DNA of 63,011 nt, the filler included. It is 6 parts of 6 records of this genome, joined end to end, with 100 filler letters (N's around TTAATTAATTAA, not from the genome) between each part and the next. Parts side by side here need not be neighbours in the genome. Positions count along the whole stretch, not along the records: positions 47,346 to 63,011 come from SRR20825006_653; 5 more parts are not named here. One strand, given 5' to 3'. The notes beneath the pieces were generated by a model. That model had not been told where the DNA came from. It did not search any database and saw only the letters and a program-made list of their open reading frames with translations. A program made the translations under genes and the position numbers. Shown piece by piece: positions 47,346 to 56,465 of this stretch (position 1 is its first letter; each line of letters opens with the position of its first letter).

Positions 47346-47373
47346 AAAGAGTCCTCAATTATGAGGACTCTTT
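47346..47373. terminator. Hairpin terminator downstream of susD
   Basis: AAAGAGTCCTCA-ATTA-TGAGGACTCTTT perfect 12-bp stem. Confidence 0.75.
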
Positions 47374-47398
47374 GCTTTGTGATTATTAGTCTAAAAAA

Positions 47399-49072
47399 TC
47401 AATAACCCTCATTTTGAGTAACTATATCACTACCAACTGCGTCAATATATAATTGAGGAATTGGAATAAATTCATTTTTACCTTCAATAAAATTTGCGGT
47501 TGCAAGATGTGTTCTTTTAGTCTTTTCTACTTCTAGGTAGCTATTGATTACATCCGCAGCAACTCCCCAACGAACTAAATTAAAGAAACGATGCCCTTCC
47601 ATAGCAAGTTCTAAACGGCTTTCTAAACGTACAGCAGCTCTTGCTGCATCTGGGTTTATCCACATAGTGTTGTAGGTATTGATACCATAATTCGCAGCAT
47701 CTGCAGTACCGTCTAGATTTTGAACGTACTGAGAATTTTTAGCTCGTTCTCGTATCTGATTTACAAGACTTCTTGCTTCTTCTAGATTACCTAATTCTAC
47801 CGCAGCTTCGGCGCGCCATAATATTACTTCTGCATATCTAATAATGTAATAATTTAAAGCGCTTACGTAGGGCCAGGTTGCATTATAAAATTCAGAATTT
47901 GCTGATACAATTCTCTTTTTAGGAGAAAATGGGCCGTATGTTTCTAATTCTCTCGCCCAATTTGCTTCGTATAAAATACCTAAATCTTTATACGGAATAC
48001 CTGGTCGCCCTATAGTAATATCAATTCGTGGATCTAAAATATCTTCTTCGGTTATATCAACATTATCATTTATTGGTAAACCATTAGCATCGGTTTTAAA
48101 AGCATTAACCAAATTTTGCGATGCACGATGAAAGCCATAACTTGGATATCGTGGTCCCCCTGGAGCATTAAGTCTATCTCCAATACTTCCATTATAATTA
48201 TCAGCTTGACCATCATTGATTGAATGTTGTACGGCAAAGATTACTTCAGAACTATTGTCATTTTCAGGAAGAAATACGTCTTGAAAATCATCTAATAGGC
48301 TATACGAACTATTTATAACTGGAGTAGTGGCATCATAAGCCTGCTGCCATTTACCTTGAAATAAGTAGGTTTTCGCTAGATAAGCCTGAGCGGCTGCACG
48401 TGTAGGTCTTCCTAATTCTGTTTGAGTTTCAGGAAGTACATCTACCGCAGCAATGAATTCTTCTTCAATTTTAGTCCACACTTCATCAGAAGAGAATTCT
48501 GTATTTGATCGAGCATAATCTTCAACGGTCACTGCTGTTTCATCTATATAAGGAATTCGATTATAAATTTTCTTCAGTTCAAAATAATAATGACCTCTTA
48601 AAAAACGCAGTTCTGCAGTTCGCTGTGTTTTTAAAGTACCATCAAAGTCTTCCGAAGCATTTAATAATTGCATTGCTCCATTAACGCGTTTGATACCTTC
48701 AAAAAGCGCCATCCATTTTCGGTAAACATCAATTATGGTTGGATTCGTATTGTAGATTTCCATCAAATGAATTTGATTTTGATCTCCTGTACCACCTCCA
48801 CCTTTGTAGCAATCATCAGATAAAACATCGCCAAAACTCCAGTTAGAATCTGGTGAATTATAAGCATTACTGGCACCATCTATTTGACCATTGAGAATAC
48901 TGTAGGCAGACACTATTGCGCGCTCTACATTTTCAGGATTAGTCATATTTTCCGGTTCCACTTCACCATAGGTCGTTTCTTCAAGATAATCATCAGAACA
49001 GCCTATTAGCATTAGCAGTGCTAACACTGAAAGAATTGATTTTCTAAGCTTTATACTATATAATGCATTCAT
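47399..49072 (-). CDS. susD: RagB/SusD-family lipoprotein
   Basis: Lipobox LIGC, AELRFLRGHYYFEL, IRYAEVILWRAEA, ELAMEGHRFFNLVRWG, TQNEGY. Confidence 0.95.
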   Translation of the reverse strand: MNALYSIKLRKSILSVLALLMLIGCSDDYLEETTYGEVEPENMTNPENVERAIVSAYSILNGQIDGASNAYNSPDSNWSFGDVLSDDCYKGGGGTGDQNQIHLMEIYNTNPTIIDVYRKWMALFEGIKRVNGAMQLLNASEDFDGTLKTQRTAELRFLRGHYYFELKKIYNRIPYIDETAVTVEDYARSNTEFSSDEVWTKIEEEFIAAVDVLPETQTELGRPTRAAAQAYLAKTYLFQGKWQQAYDATTPVINSSYSLLDDFQDVFLPENDNSSEVIFAVQHSINDGQADNYNGSIGDRLNAPGGPRYPSYGFHRASQNLVNAFKTDANGLPINDNVDITEEDILDPRIDITIGRPGIPYKDLGILYEANWARELETYGPFSPKKRIVSANSEFYNATWPYVSALNYYIIRYAEVILWRAEAAVELGNLEEARSLVNQIRERAKNSQYVQNLDGTADAANYGINTYNTMWINPDAARAAVRLESRLELAMEGHRFFNLVRWGVAADVINSYLEVEKTKRTHLATANFIEGKNEFIPIPQLYIDAVGSDIVTQNEGY

Positions 49073-49083
49073 TTTTATAATTT

Positions 49084-52000
49084 TTAAAAGTTAAGATTAC
49101 AACCCAATACAAAGGTTCTATTTGGAGGATAAAGACCTCGATCTGCACCTATATCTAGGTTTCTATTACTTCCAGAATAATTTTGTAAACCTACCTGAGG
49201 ATTCATTCCGCTATAATCTGTAATTGTAAAGAGGTTACTTCCCTGAAGATAAATTCTCAGTTGCATATCATTCATCAACGCCTTAGGTAGCGTGTATCCT
49301 ATTTGCATATTGGTCAATCTAACATAGCTTCCATCTTCGACGTAATAAGATGATGGTCTAATATTGTTGTTAGGATCATCAAGTGACAATCTTGGGACGT
49401 CAGTATTAGTATTGTTTGGAGTCCAGGCGTTAAGAACATCAGAAAGCTTATTAGTAGATTGATTAAAGAAATGCCCTCTATATCTCAAAAAGTTATAGAT
49501 GTCATTACCAAAACTACCACTGAAGAACATTGACATATCAAAATTCTTATAATAGAATTTCAAATTCATTCCCAACATTAAGTCAGGATGTGGTGATCCT
49601 ATAAAGGTACGGTCGTCATCATTAAGTTCACCATCTCCGTTTATGTCAACAAAGCGAATATCCCCAGGTTGGGCATTTGGTTGAACAGCATGACTATTAA
49701 CCTCATCTTGACTTTGGAATAAGCCATCAGCTTTGTAACCAAAGAAAGATCCAATAGGTTGCCCCACTACTGACCTTGAAATTTCCTGATCAAAGTTTAC
49801 TGTATGTAGGGCAGAAGTAGGGATACTCAAATAATCAGAAGTAGTTAATGCAGTAAGTTCATTTTTAGAATGCGTAAGGTTCACATTAAAGTCAAAACCT
49901 AAATCTCCAATGTTATCAGCATAATCAACATTGAGTTCTACCCCAATGTTCTTCATTTCACCGTCATTAACCCATTGACCATCATTAGTGCCTCCATAGG
50001 TAATAGGAACCGGGCGATAAACTAAGATGTCCTTAGTACGTTTGTCATAATAATCTGCTGTGATATTAAGTTTATCGTCTAATAAACCTAAATCAATACC
50101 AATATCGGTTTGACTGGTGGTTTCCCATTTCAAATCTGGATTAGGGATTCTTGATTGAGTCAATCCTGTATAAACTGCTCCTTGAGACCCATCTATAGGA
50201 TAATTTGAGTTGGCATTGTTATTACGATAACTGTCAACAGTTGCATAAGAGGCGATATCTTGATTCCCGGTTTGTCCCCAGCTTCCTCTCAACAATAATG
50301 AAGAAATTACTCCTTCATTATTGAAAAATGACTCTTTGTCTAAACGCCATCCCAGTGAGAACGCAGGAAAAGTTCCCCATTTATTGTCTCCGCTAAATCT
50401 TGAGCTTCCATCGCGGCGAACAGTGGCAGTTACCAAGTATTTTTGGGCAAACTTATAATTGACACGCCCAAAATAAGAGTTTAAAGCCCATCCATTTGCA
50501 TTACCATTATTAAGTTGATTTTCAGAACCAAAATCTAAATACCTGAAGTTGGGATCATCATATAAGAAATTCTGTCTCGAAGCGCCAAAGCCCTCATAAT
50601 AATACTCGATGGCTTCTTGACCAACTAAAATGTCTAAAGCGTGATCACCAAATATGTTCTTATAATTTAAGGTGTTGGTGAATGAAAATTGACGGCCAAA
50701 ATTATTTGTGGTAGACAACGATCCCGTTGTATTTCTATCACTAGGAGAATAGCCTCGGTAATTATTACTCTGATAATCTAAACCAAAAGATGATTTAAAA
50801 TTGAAATGATCAAAATCTAATTCCGCATATAAATTACCTAAAAGTGAAACCGTTTTATTCTTATTGTCTTTACTTCTATACAGTGAACTTAACGGGTTGT
50901 GGTCTGTAAGGTTAACCGGGTTTAAAGCAAAATTTCCTTCGGTATCATATACAGGGTAAATAGATAAGTAGTCTGATGCGGCTATAATAATACTACCTAA
51001 AGCAGCATTAGTAGCAACTGAAACACCTTCCTTATAGCTTCCTGTGAAATTTTCACCTATAGTAAGAAAATCGGTTACTTTGTAGGAGTTATTCAAACGC
51101 GCAGAATAGCGTTTAAAATTAGTGTATTTTAAAACCCCTTCTTGATCATAATACCCTAGCGAAAAAAGGTGAGAGCCATTTTCGTCAGCTTTACTAAGCG
51201 ATACGTCGTAAGACTGAATTAATGAGGTTTGTGTTATTTCATCTAGCCAATCTGTATCTGCAGTTGGATACATTTGATCAGCATCTAAGAAATCCCCAAT
51301 CACAGGACCGTTAGGGCTATTGCCGTAAAAATCTGAACTAGGCGTGCGCCCGTCATTTTCAAAAGCTTGCCACAGAGCATCACCATATTGCTGTGCGTTA
51401 AGAACCTCTGGAAGATTAAACGTGTCTTGAGCTCCCACATAACCATTAAAACTTACCTGAACTCCTTGTTCACTTTTCTTCCCTTTTTTTGTCGTAATAA
51501 TGACAACACCGTTTGCTGCACGAGAACCATAAATAGAGGCAGAAGCAGCATCTTTGAGAACCTGAATTGTTTCAATGTCTGCAGGATTGATCACATTCAA
51601 ATTACTTGATACGGGTATTCCGTCAACAATTATTAAAGGATCGTTACTATTAATGGTACTAAATCCTCGTATACGAAGTGCAACACCACCACCGGGTTTA
51701 CCATCACTCATTACTTGCACACCCGGCATTCTGCTGTCTAACATTTCTACAACATTAGCTTTAGGTTGAGAAATGATTTCTTCAGGCTCTACTGAAGATA
51801 TTGCACCAGTCACATTGCGTCGGGTTTCAGTACCGTATCCAACTACTAAAATTTCATCAAGGGCAGAGGATGAAGGTGTCAGTTGAATAGTAACATTGCT
51901 CTGATTGTTTAATGGGTATAATTGCGTTTCAAAACCCATAAATGATATTTCTAGAGTGGCTTCAGGGGAAACTTCAATACTAAATTTACCATCAAAATCT

Positions 52001-52476
52001 GTGGCTGTTCCTTTATTTGTTCCCACCTCCATAATTGATGCGCCGGGTAGCGGCTGCCCCTCGGTATCTGTTACAACACCGTTGACAGTAATTTGCTCAA
52101 CAATTTCTGGAGCCGGGTCAACCGGTTTATGAATAACGCTTATTGATTGGTTTACCCTGTTAAATTTTAAGTCGTATTCAGATGATAGCTTATAGAGTAA
52201 ATCAAATAATGACGAGAATTCACCGTTAATTTCATACTCTGATTTTAGGTCAATATTCCCATTGTAATACGTGAAATTGAACTGTGTTTGATCTTCCACG
52301 AGATCAAATAAATTTTTAAGGGCATATTTGCCGCTTTTAAGCTTAACGCTTGTTTCTTTTAAGGATTGGGCATTGATGTCTGTTGCTAATGCAGGTGATA
52401 AGCCCAAAACCAGAATAATATACATTGTAGAAAGTTTCATCAGGATATTTCTAAAATGATGTAAGTTATTTTTCAT
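49084..52476 (-). CDS. susC: SusC/RagA TonB-dependent transporter with N-terminal STN signalling extension
   Basis: VLKDAASASIYGSRAANGVVIITTKKG, NPDLKWETT, extended N-terminus. Confidence 0.95.
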   Translation of the reverse strand: MKNNLHHFRNILMKLSTMYIILVLGLSPALATDINAQSLKETSVKLKSGKYALKNLFDLVEDQTQFNFTYYNGNIDLKSEYEINGEFSSLFDLLYKLSSEYDLKFNRVNQSISVIHKPVDPAPEIVEQITVNGVVTDTEGQPLPGASIMEVGTNKGTATDFDGKFSIEVSPEATLEISFMGFETQLYPLNNQSNVTIQLTPSSSALDEILVVGYGTETRRNVTGAISSVEPEEIISQPKANVVEMLDSRMPGVQVMSDGKPGGGVALRIRGFSTINSNDPLIIVDGIPVSSNLNVINPADIETIQVLKDAASASIYGSRAANGVVIITTKKGKKSEQGVQVSFNGYVGAQDTFNLPEVLNAQQYGDALWQAFENDGRTPSSDFYGNSPNGPVIGDFLDADQMYPTADTDWLDEITQTSLIQSYDVSLSKADENGSHLFSLGYYDQEGVLKYTNFKRYSARLNNSYKVTDFLTIGENFTGSYKEGVSVATNAALGSIIIAASDYLSIYPVYDTEGNFALNPVNLTDHNPLSSLYRSKDNKNKTVSLLGNLYAELDFDHFNFKSSFGLDYQSNNYRGYSPSDRNTTGSLSTTNNFGRQFSFTNTLNYKNIFGDHALDILVGQEAIEYYYEGFGASRQNFLYDDPNFRYLDFGSENQLNNGNANGWALNSYFGRVNYKFAQKYLVTATVRRDGSSRFSGDNKWGTFPAFSLGWRLDKESFFNNEGVISSLLLRGSWGQTGNQDIASYATVDSYRNNNANSNYPIDGSQGAVYTGLTQSRIPNPDLKWETTSQTDIGIDLGLLDDKLNITADYYDKRTKDILVYRPVPITYGGTNDGQWVNDGEMKNIGVELNVDYADNIGDLGFDFNVNLTHSKNELTALTTSDYLSIPTSALHTVNFDQEISRSVVGQPIGSFFGYKADGLFQSQDEVNSHAVQPNAQPGDIRFVDINGDGELNDDDRTFIGSPHPDLMLGMNLKFYYKNFDMSMFFSGSFGNDIYNFLRYRGHFFNQSTNKLSDVLNAWTPNNTNTDVPRLSLDDPNNNIRPSSYYVEDGSYVRLTNMQIGYTLPKALMNDMQLRIYLQGSNLFTITDYSGMNPQVGLQNYSGSNRNLDIGADRGLYPPNRTFVLGCNLNF

Positions 52477-52557
52477 AATTTTAGTTTGAATTTGTTCATT
52501 AAAAAGTGTTTAAATGTATTTAGCGGTACATTATTTTTTTTTGGATTAAATGATCTT

Positions 52558-52586
52558 AGGAAGCGTTGGCGCGCTTCCTTTTTTAT
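52558..52586 (+). terminator. Antisense-oriented terminator in fecR-susC intergenic region
   Basis: AGGAAGCG-TTGGCG-CGCTTCCT followed by a T-run on the plus strand, opposite to the minus-strand operon. Confidence 0.6.
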
Positions 52587-52600
52587 TTCATAGTTATAGT

Positions 52601-53545
52601 TTAAGTTGATTCATAGATTAAAATTTGATTTGTAGTTATATGTTTGAAATTCAGATTTCCTGCTAGGGCAAGTGATTTTAGTATGGTTTCTAAACTCTCA
52701 TTCTCATAAAAACCGGTGACTCTTTTATTTGCGAGTTGCGTATTGGCCAAAACGATCTCTTTGTTATATCTGCGTTGTAGAATTTTAACTACTCGTTGTA
52801 GTGGTTCCTGTTGAAAATCAAACTTGTTTGACATCCAAGCCAATTCTAATTCTCTATCAAGTGTTGACACTTTTATTGAATCTTCATCTTTTTGTAGCCG
52901 GGCACTTTCAAAAGGATTTAGTTTTATTTTCTCTTTATTTATCCCTTGTAGTTCTACACTTCCTTCAACCAGCGCAACATTCGTACTTAGAGAATCTGTT
53001 TTAACATTAAATGTGGTCCCTAAAACTTTTGTAGTTAGCGTTTTTGACTGAACAATAAACGGGTGTATACTGTCGTGCTTAACCTCAAAAAAGGCTTCAC
53101 CTATGAGTTCGACTAAGCGCGTTTTCTGCAACTTAAAGTCTCGGTTGAATTTTAGACTACTATTACTATTCAATACTACTTTTGTTCCATCAGGAAGCAC
53201 TACATTCTTTTTATGGTGCTCTTGGGTTTTAATATGTACAAAAGCTATTTCTTTGGAATGCGGCTCACTTACCCAATTCCTAGGAAAATTGTAAAGAAAT
53301 AGCACTAGAAAAGTGGCCGCTATACCCGCTATCCACTTATAGGGTTTATTACTTTTAGGTCTAGTCTCTTTGAAAATCTTTGTTTCTAATCTTTTTTTTA
53401 TTTGAGCCTTCTCTTGTGTTGAGAGCGTTACTTCTTGCTCTTGCTGAAGATTTGTATAAAAGCTATCAATAAAGTCCCGCTCATCTTGTGTGGCGGTTCC
53501 AGACAAATACCGATCAAGTATTTTATAAAAATTCTTTTTACTCAT
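52601..53545 (-). CDS. fecR: FecR-family anti-sigma factor
   Basis: LPDGTKVVLNSNSSL, LIGEAFFEV, VLGTTFNV, LVEGSV. Confidence 0.93.
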   Translation of the reverse strand: MSKKNFYKILDRYLSGTATQDERDFIDSFYTNLQQEQEVTLSTQEKAQIKKRLETKIFKETRPKSNKPYKWIAGIAATFLVLFLYNFPRNWVSEPHSKEIAFVHIKTQEHHKKNVVLPDGTKVVLNSNSSLKFNRDFKLQKTRLVELIGEAFFEVKHDSIHPFIVQSKTLTTKVLGTTFNVKTDSLSTNVALVEGSVELQGINKEKIKLNPFESARLQKDEDSIKVSTLDRELELAWMSNKFDFQQEPLQRVVKILQRRYNKEIVLANTQLANKRVTGFYENESLETILKSLALAGNLNFKHITTNQILIYEST

Positions 53546-53662
53546 GTGAATGTTTCTATACATAGGTATTGAAAGCACCACATCACACGTAAAGAGAAAA
53601 TTGAAAAAAGAGGCTTCTTAACAGTTTCTTAAAAAAGGAAACAATTAGTAAACATTAGCATG

Positions 53663-54232
53663 TTAAAGATTAAGGAAAGTAAATACTAGGATGCAGTTTA
53701 GACTGAGTTCATCGCTGAACTCTAAACGCAAAACTTTAATTGCATTGGTAATATGAGTTTCTACTGTGCGTTTTGAAATATCAAGACGATTAGCTATGTC
53801 TTGATTGCTCATACCTTCATTACGACTTAAATGAAAAACTTGGCCGCACTTTTCTGGTAGCTTAGAAAGGGCATCTTCAAACTTAGCTTCAAGATTTTCA
53901 ATCTTTTTATTTGAATCATTATTTGATTGTAGCTTACCTATTACAGATTCCTCTAGAGTGTAGGTCCTTTTTTGTTTAATATACTCAAGCGATTTAAACT
54001 TTACAGCGGTATATAAATAGGCATTGAGGTTGTCAATAGCTAAGGTATTTCTGCGATTCCAAATATCGATGAATACTTCTTGCACTATATCTTGGCTTAA
54101 ATCTGCATCCTGAATAACTTTATAGGCTTGATGATATAGCTTTTCCCAGAAGATATTGAAAATACGTTCAAAGGCGCGGTGGTCAGAACTTTTAATTGAA
54201 GAAAATAACTGCTCGTGAATGTCTTTAACCAT
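53663..54232 (-). CDS. ECF RNA polymerase sigma-70 factor
   Basis: DIVQEVFIDIW, LPEKCGQVFHLSRNEGMSNQDIANRLDISKRTVETHI. Confidence 0.94.
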   Translation of the reverse strand: MVKDIHEQLFSSIKSSDHRAFERIFNIFWEKLYHQAYKVIQDADLSQDIVQEVFIDIWNRRNTLAIDNLNAYLYTAVKFKSLEYIKQKRTYTLEESVIGKLQSNNDSNKKIENLEAKFEDALSKLPEKCGQVFHLSRNEGMSNQDIANRLDISKRTVETHITNAIKVLRLEFSDELSLNCILVFTFLNL

Positions 54233-54492
54233 ACTGCCAAATTCTAGGACGAATATAGAATTGAAGAGGATTAAGCAGGTTAACTAAAAGTAAAATTTAA
54301 AAATTTCACCCTGTGAGTCTTGATTATAAGAAGGATAGGCACAGTGTTTTAATAATTCTATATCATTAGTAGCCTCACAATTTGATCCAAGATTAAATCT
54401 ATGTAAACAATTCTGATAAAATCTTATTTAAATAAAAGGTACATTACTTTTGAAACTCTTCTACGCTGTACACAACTCCAATCAAAACTCTA

Positions 54493-56436
54493 ATGCAACT
54501 TAGATATTTGCAACGCTTAATAGTAAGACTTTTATGTTTTAGCACTCCATTTTTTGTTGGAATCCTAGTGTTGGCTTTTACTCAGAGTCCAAAAAAATAT
54601 AATACTAAAGAGCTTATTCTAAGGCAAATTTATGAGGCAGAAGTTCAGTTAGATAGCTTAGTCAAAATAGCCTCAGATTATGCAACTTACAGTGCGGATA
54701 AGGAAGCGTTACAACTTCAATTTACAAAAGCGCGATATGCTTATAAGGCGGTTGAAAGCTATGCTACTTATTTTTACCCAAAACATACAGCGGCCTATAT
54801 TAATGGAGCTGCCTTAGATCATTTAGATCCTTATCCTGTAGGAAATGCTCCTACATCAGAACTAAACCTTTACTTAAATTCAGCTCCATTAGATGATCTT
54901 GATGGAGGATATTTTATAGATGGCGGAGTTCAAATTCTTCCCCCTGCAGGTTTTCAAATTATAGAAGAACTTATTTTTGATGCTGATTCAAGAAAGCAAG
55001 CCGAAAGAATCTATAAGCTCTCGGTGGCGCTCAAGACCAAATTTAAAATCTTAGCAGATGCTTTAACATCACGAAAGTTTATTCTTGACTATCAAGTTCT
55101 TGAAAGTTCACGCCTGCAATTGGTACGTATTATGACCTTGGGAATCACTGGTTTCGATAGTCCTATTTATCAAAATTCGCTAAATGAAACCCGCTTTTCA
55201 TTAATATCTTTAAATCAAGTATTACAAGATCTATTAAGTCAAACTAATAATGACAATAGTAATCATATACAGAGGCTATTCGAGTTTTCTATTAGTTATC
55301 TTGAAAATAAAGATGATTTTGAAAAATTTGATAGGTTGTATTTTATCAAGAATTTTATTGATCCCCTTTATGCCCAACTTCTTCATCTTCAAAAGGCACT
55401 TAATTTAAAAAGCCGTGCTACAATTACTAATGAAACGCCATCTTGGAATTCAAATACTATATCTCTATTTAGTGAGGATTTTCTCAACCCTTATTATTAT
55501 ACAGTATTAACAAAAGAAGAGGACACACCACTTTTAAATGAGTTGGGTAAAACCATTTTCTATGATGAAAAACTAAGTGGTAGTCAAACTATAAGTTGTG
55601 CAAGTTGTCATAATCCAAAACAGGCTTATAGTGATGGGCAACAGACATCTTCAGCTAGTATTCAAGGAAATTACCTAGAGCGTAATGCCCCTTCTTTAAT
55701 AAATGCGGTTTATGCAGATCGGTATTTTTATGATATGCGAGTCTTTGACCTAGAGAATCAATATGAGCATGTATTTAAAAATCACTTAGAGTACAATACA
55801 ACTTACGAGGATATAGTTGCCAAAATAAGTGCTTCAGACCAGTATACTAGATTTTTTAATTCCATAGCGATAAATAAATATACCATCAGTAAGGCTTTGA
55901 CCTCCTTTTTAATCTCCTTAAGAAGTCTAGATAGTGAATTTGATAAATATATGAGAGGAGAAGACGATATGCTACCTGCTGAAGTGAAAAACGGCTTCAA
56001 TTTATTTATGGGTAAAGCGAAGTGTGCAACCTGCCATTTTCCACCAACATTTAGTGGACTGATTCCGCCTCTTTATCAAGAGAATGAAAGTGAGGTTTTA
56101 GGAGTTTTGGTGAAGCCTAATGGTCAAAATGTCGATACAGATACAGGCCGCAGCAGTAATGGTGTTTATAATGAAAATCAAAATATTTATAATAAATCTT
56201 TTAAAACAGTTTCTGTTAGAAATGCTAGTGTTACAGCTCCATATTTTCATAACGGGACCTACCAAACACTAGAAGAAGTATTAGATTTTTATAATAATGG
56301 CGGGGGCGCTGGACTAGGTTTTTCTAATGAGATACCTAATCAGACTTTGCCTTCAGAAAATTTAGAACTTACAGCGCAAGAAATGCAAGAACTAATTGCA
56401 TTTATAGATGCACTAACAGATCATTCAACCAATTAA
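54493..56436 (+). CDS. Di-haem cytochrome c peroxidase/MauG-family protein with long N-terminal extension
   Basis: SCASCH, RNAPSL, KCATCH, FKTVSVRN, APYFHNG. Confidence 0.88.
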   Translation: MQLRYLQRLIVRLLCFSTPFFVGILVLAFTQSPKKYNTKELILRQIYEAEVQLDSLVKIASDYATYSADKEALQLQFTKARYAYKAVESYATYFYPKHTAAYINGAALDHLDPYPVGNAPTSELNLYLNSAPLDDLDGGYFIDGGVQILPPAGFQIIEELIFDADSRKQAERIYKLSVALKTKFKILADALTSRKFILDYQVLESSRLQLVRIMTLGITGFDSPIYQNSLNETRFSLISLNQVLQDLLSQTNNDNSNHIQRLFEFSISYLENKDDFEKFDRLYFIKNFIDPLYAQLLHLQKALNLKSRATITNETPSWNSNTISLFSEDFLNPYYYTVLTKEEDTPLLNELGKTIFYDEKLSGSQTISCASCHNPKQAYSDGQQTSSASIQGNYLERNAPSLINAVYADRYFYDMRVFDLENQYEHVFKNHLEYNTTYEDIVAKISASDQYTRFFNSIAINKYTISKALTSFLISLRSLDSEFDKYMRGEDDMLPAEVKNGFNLFMGKAKCATCHFPPTFSGLIPPLYQENESEVLGVLVKPNGQNVDTDTGRSSNGVYNENQNIYNKSFKTVSVRNASVTAPYFHNGTYQTLEEVLDFYNNGGGAGLGFSNEIPNQTLPSENLELTAQEMQELIAFIDALTDHSTN

Positions 56437-56465
56437 AATTTATCAACTAATTTCAATCAAACTCA

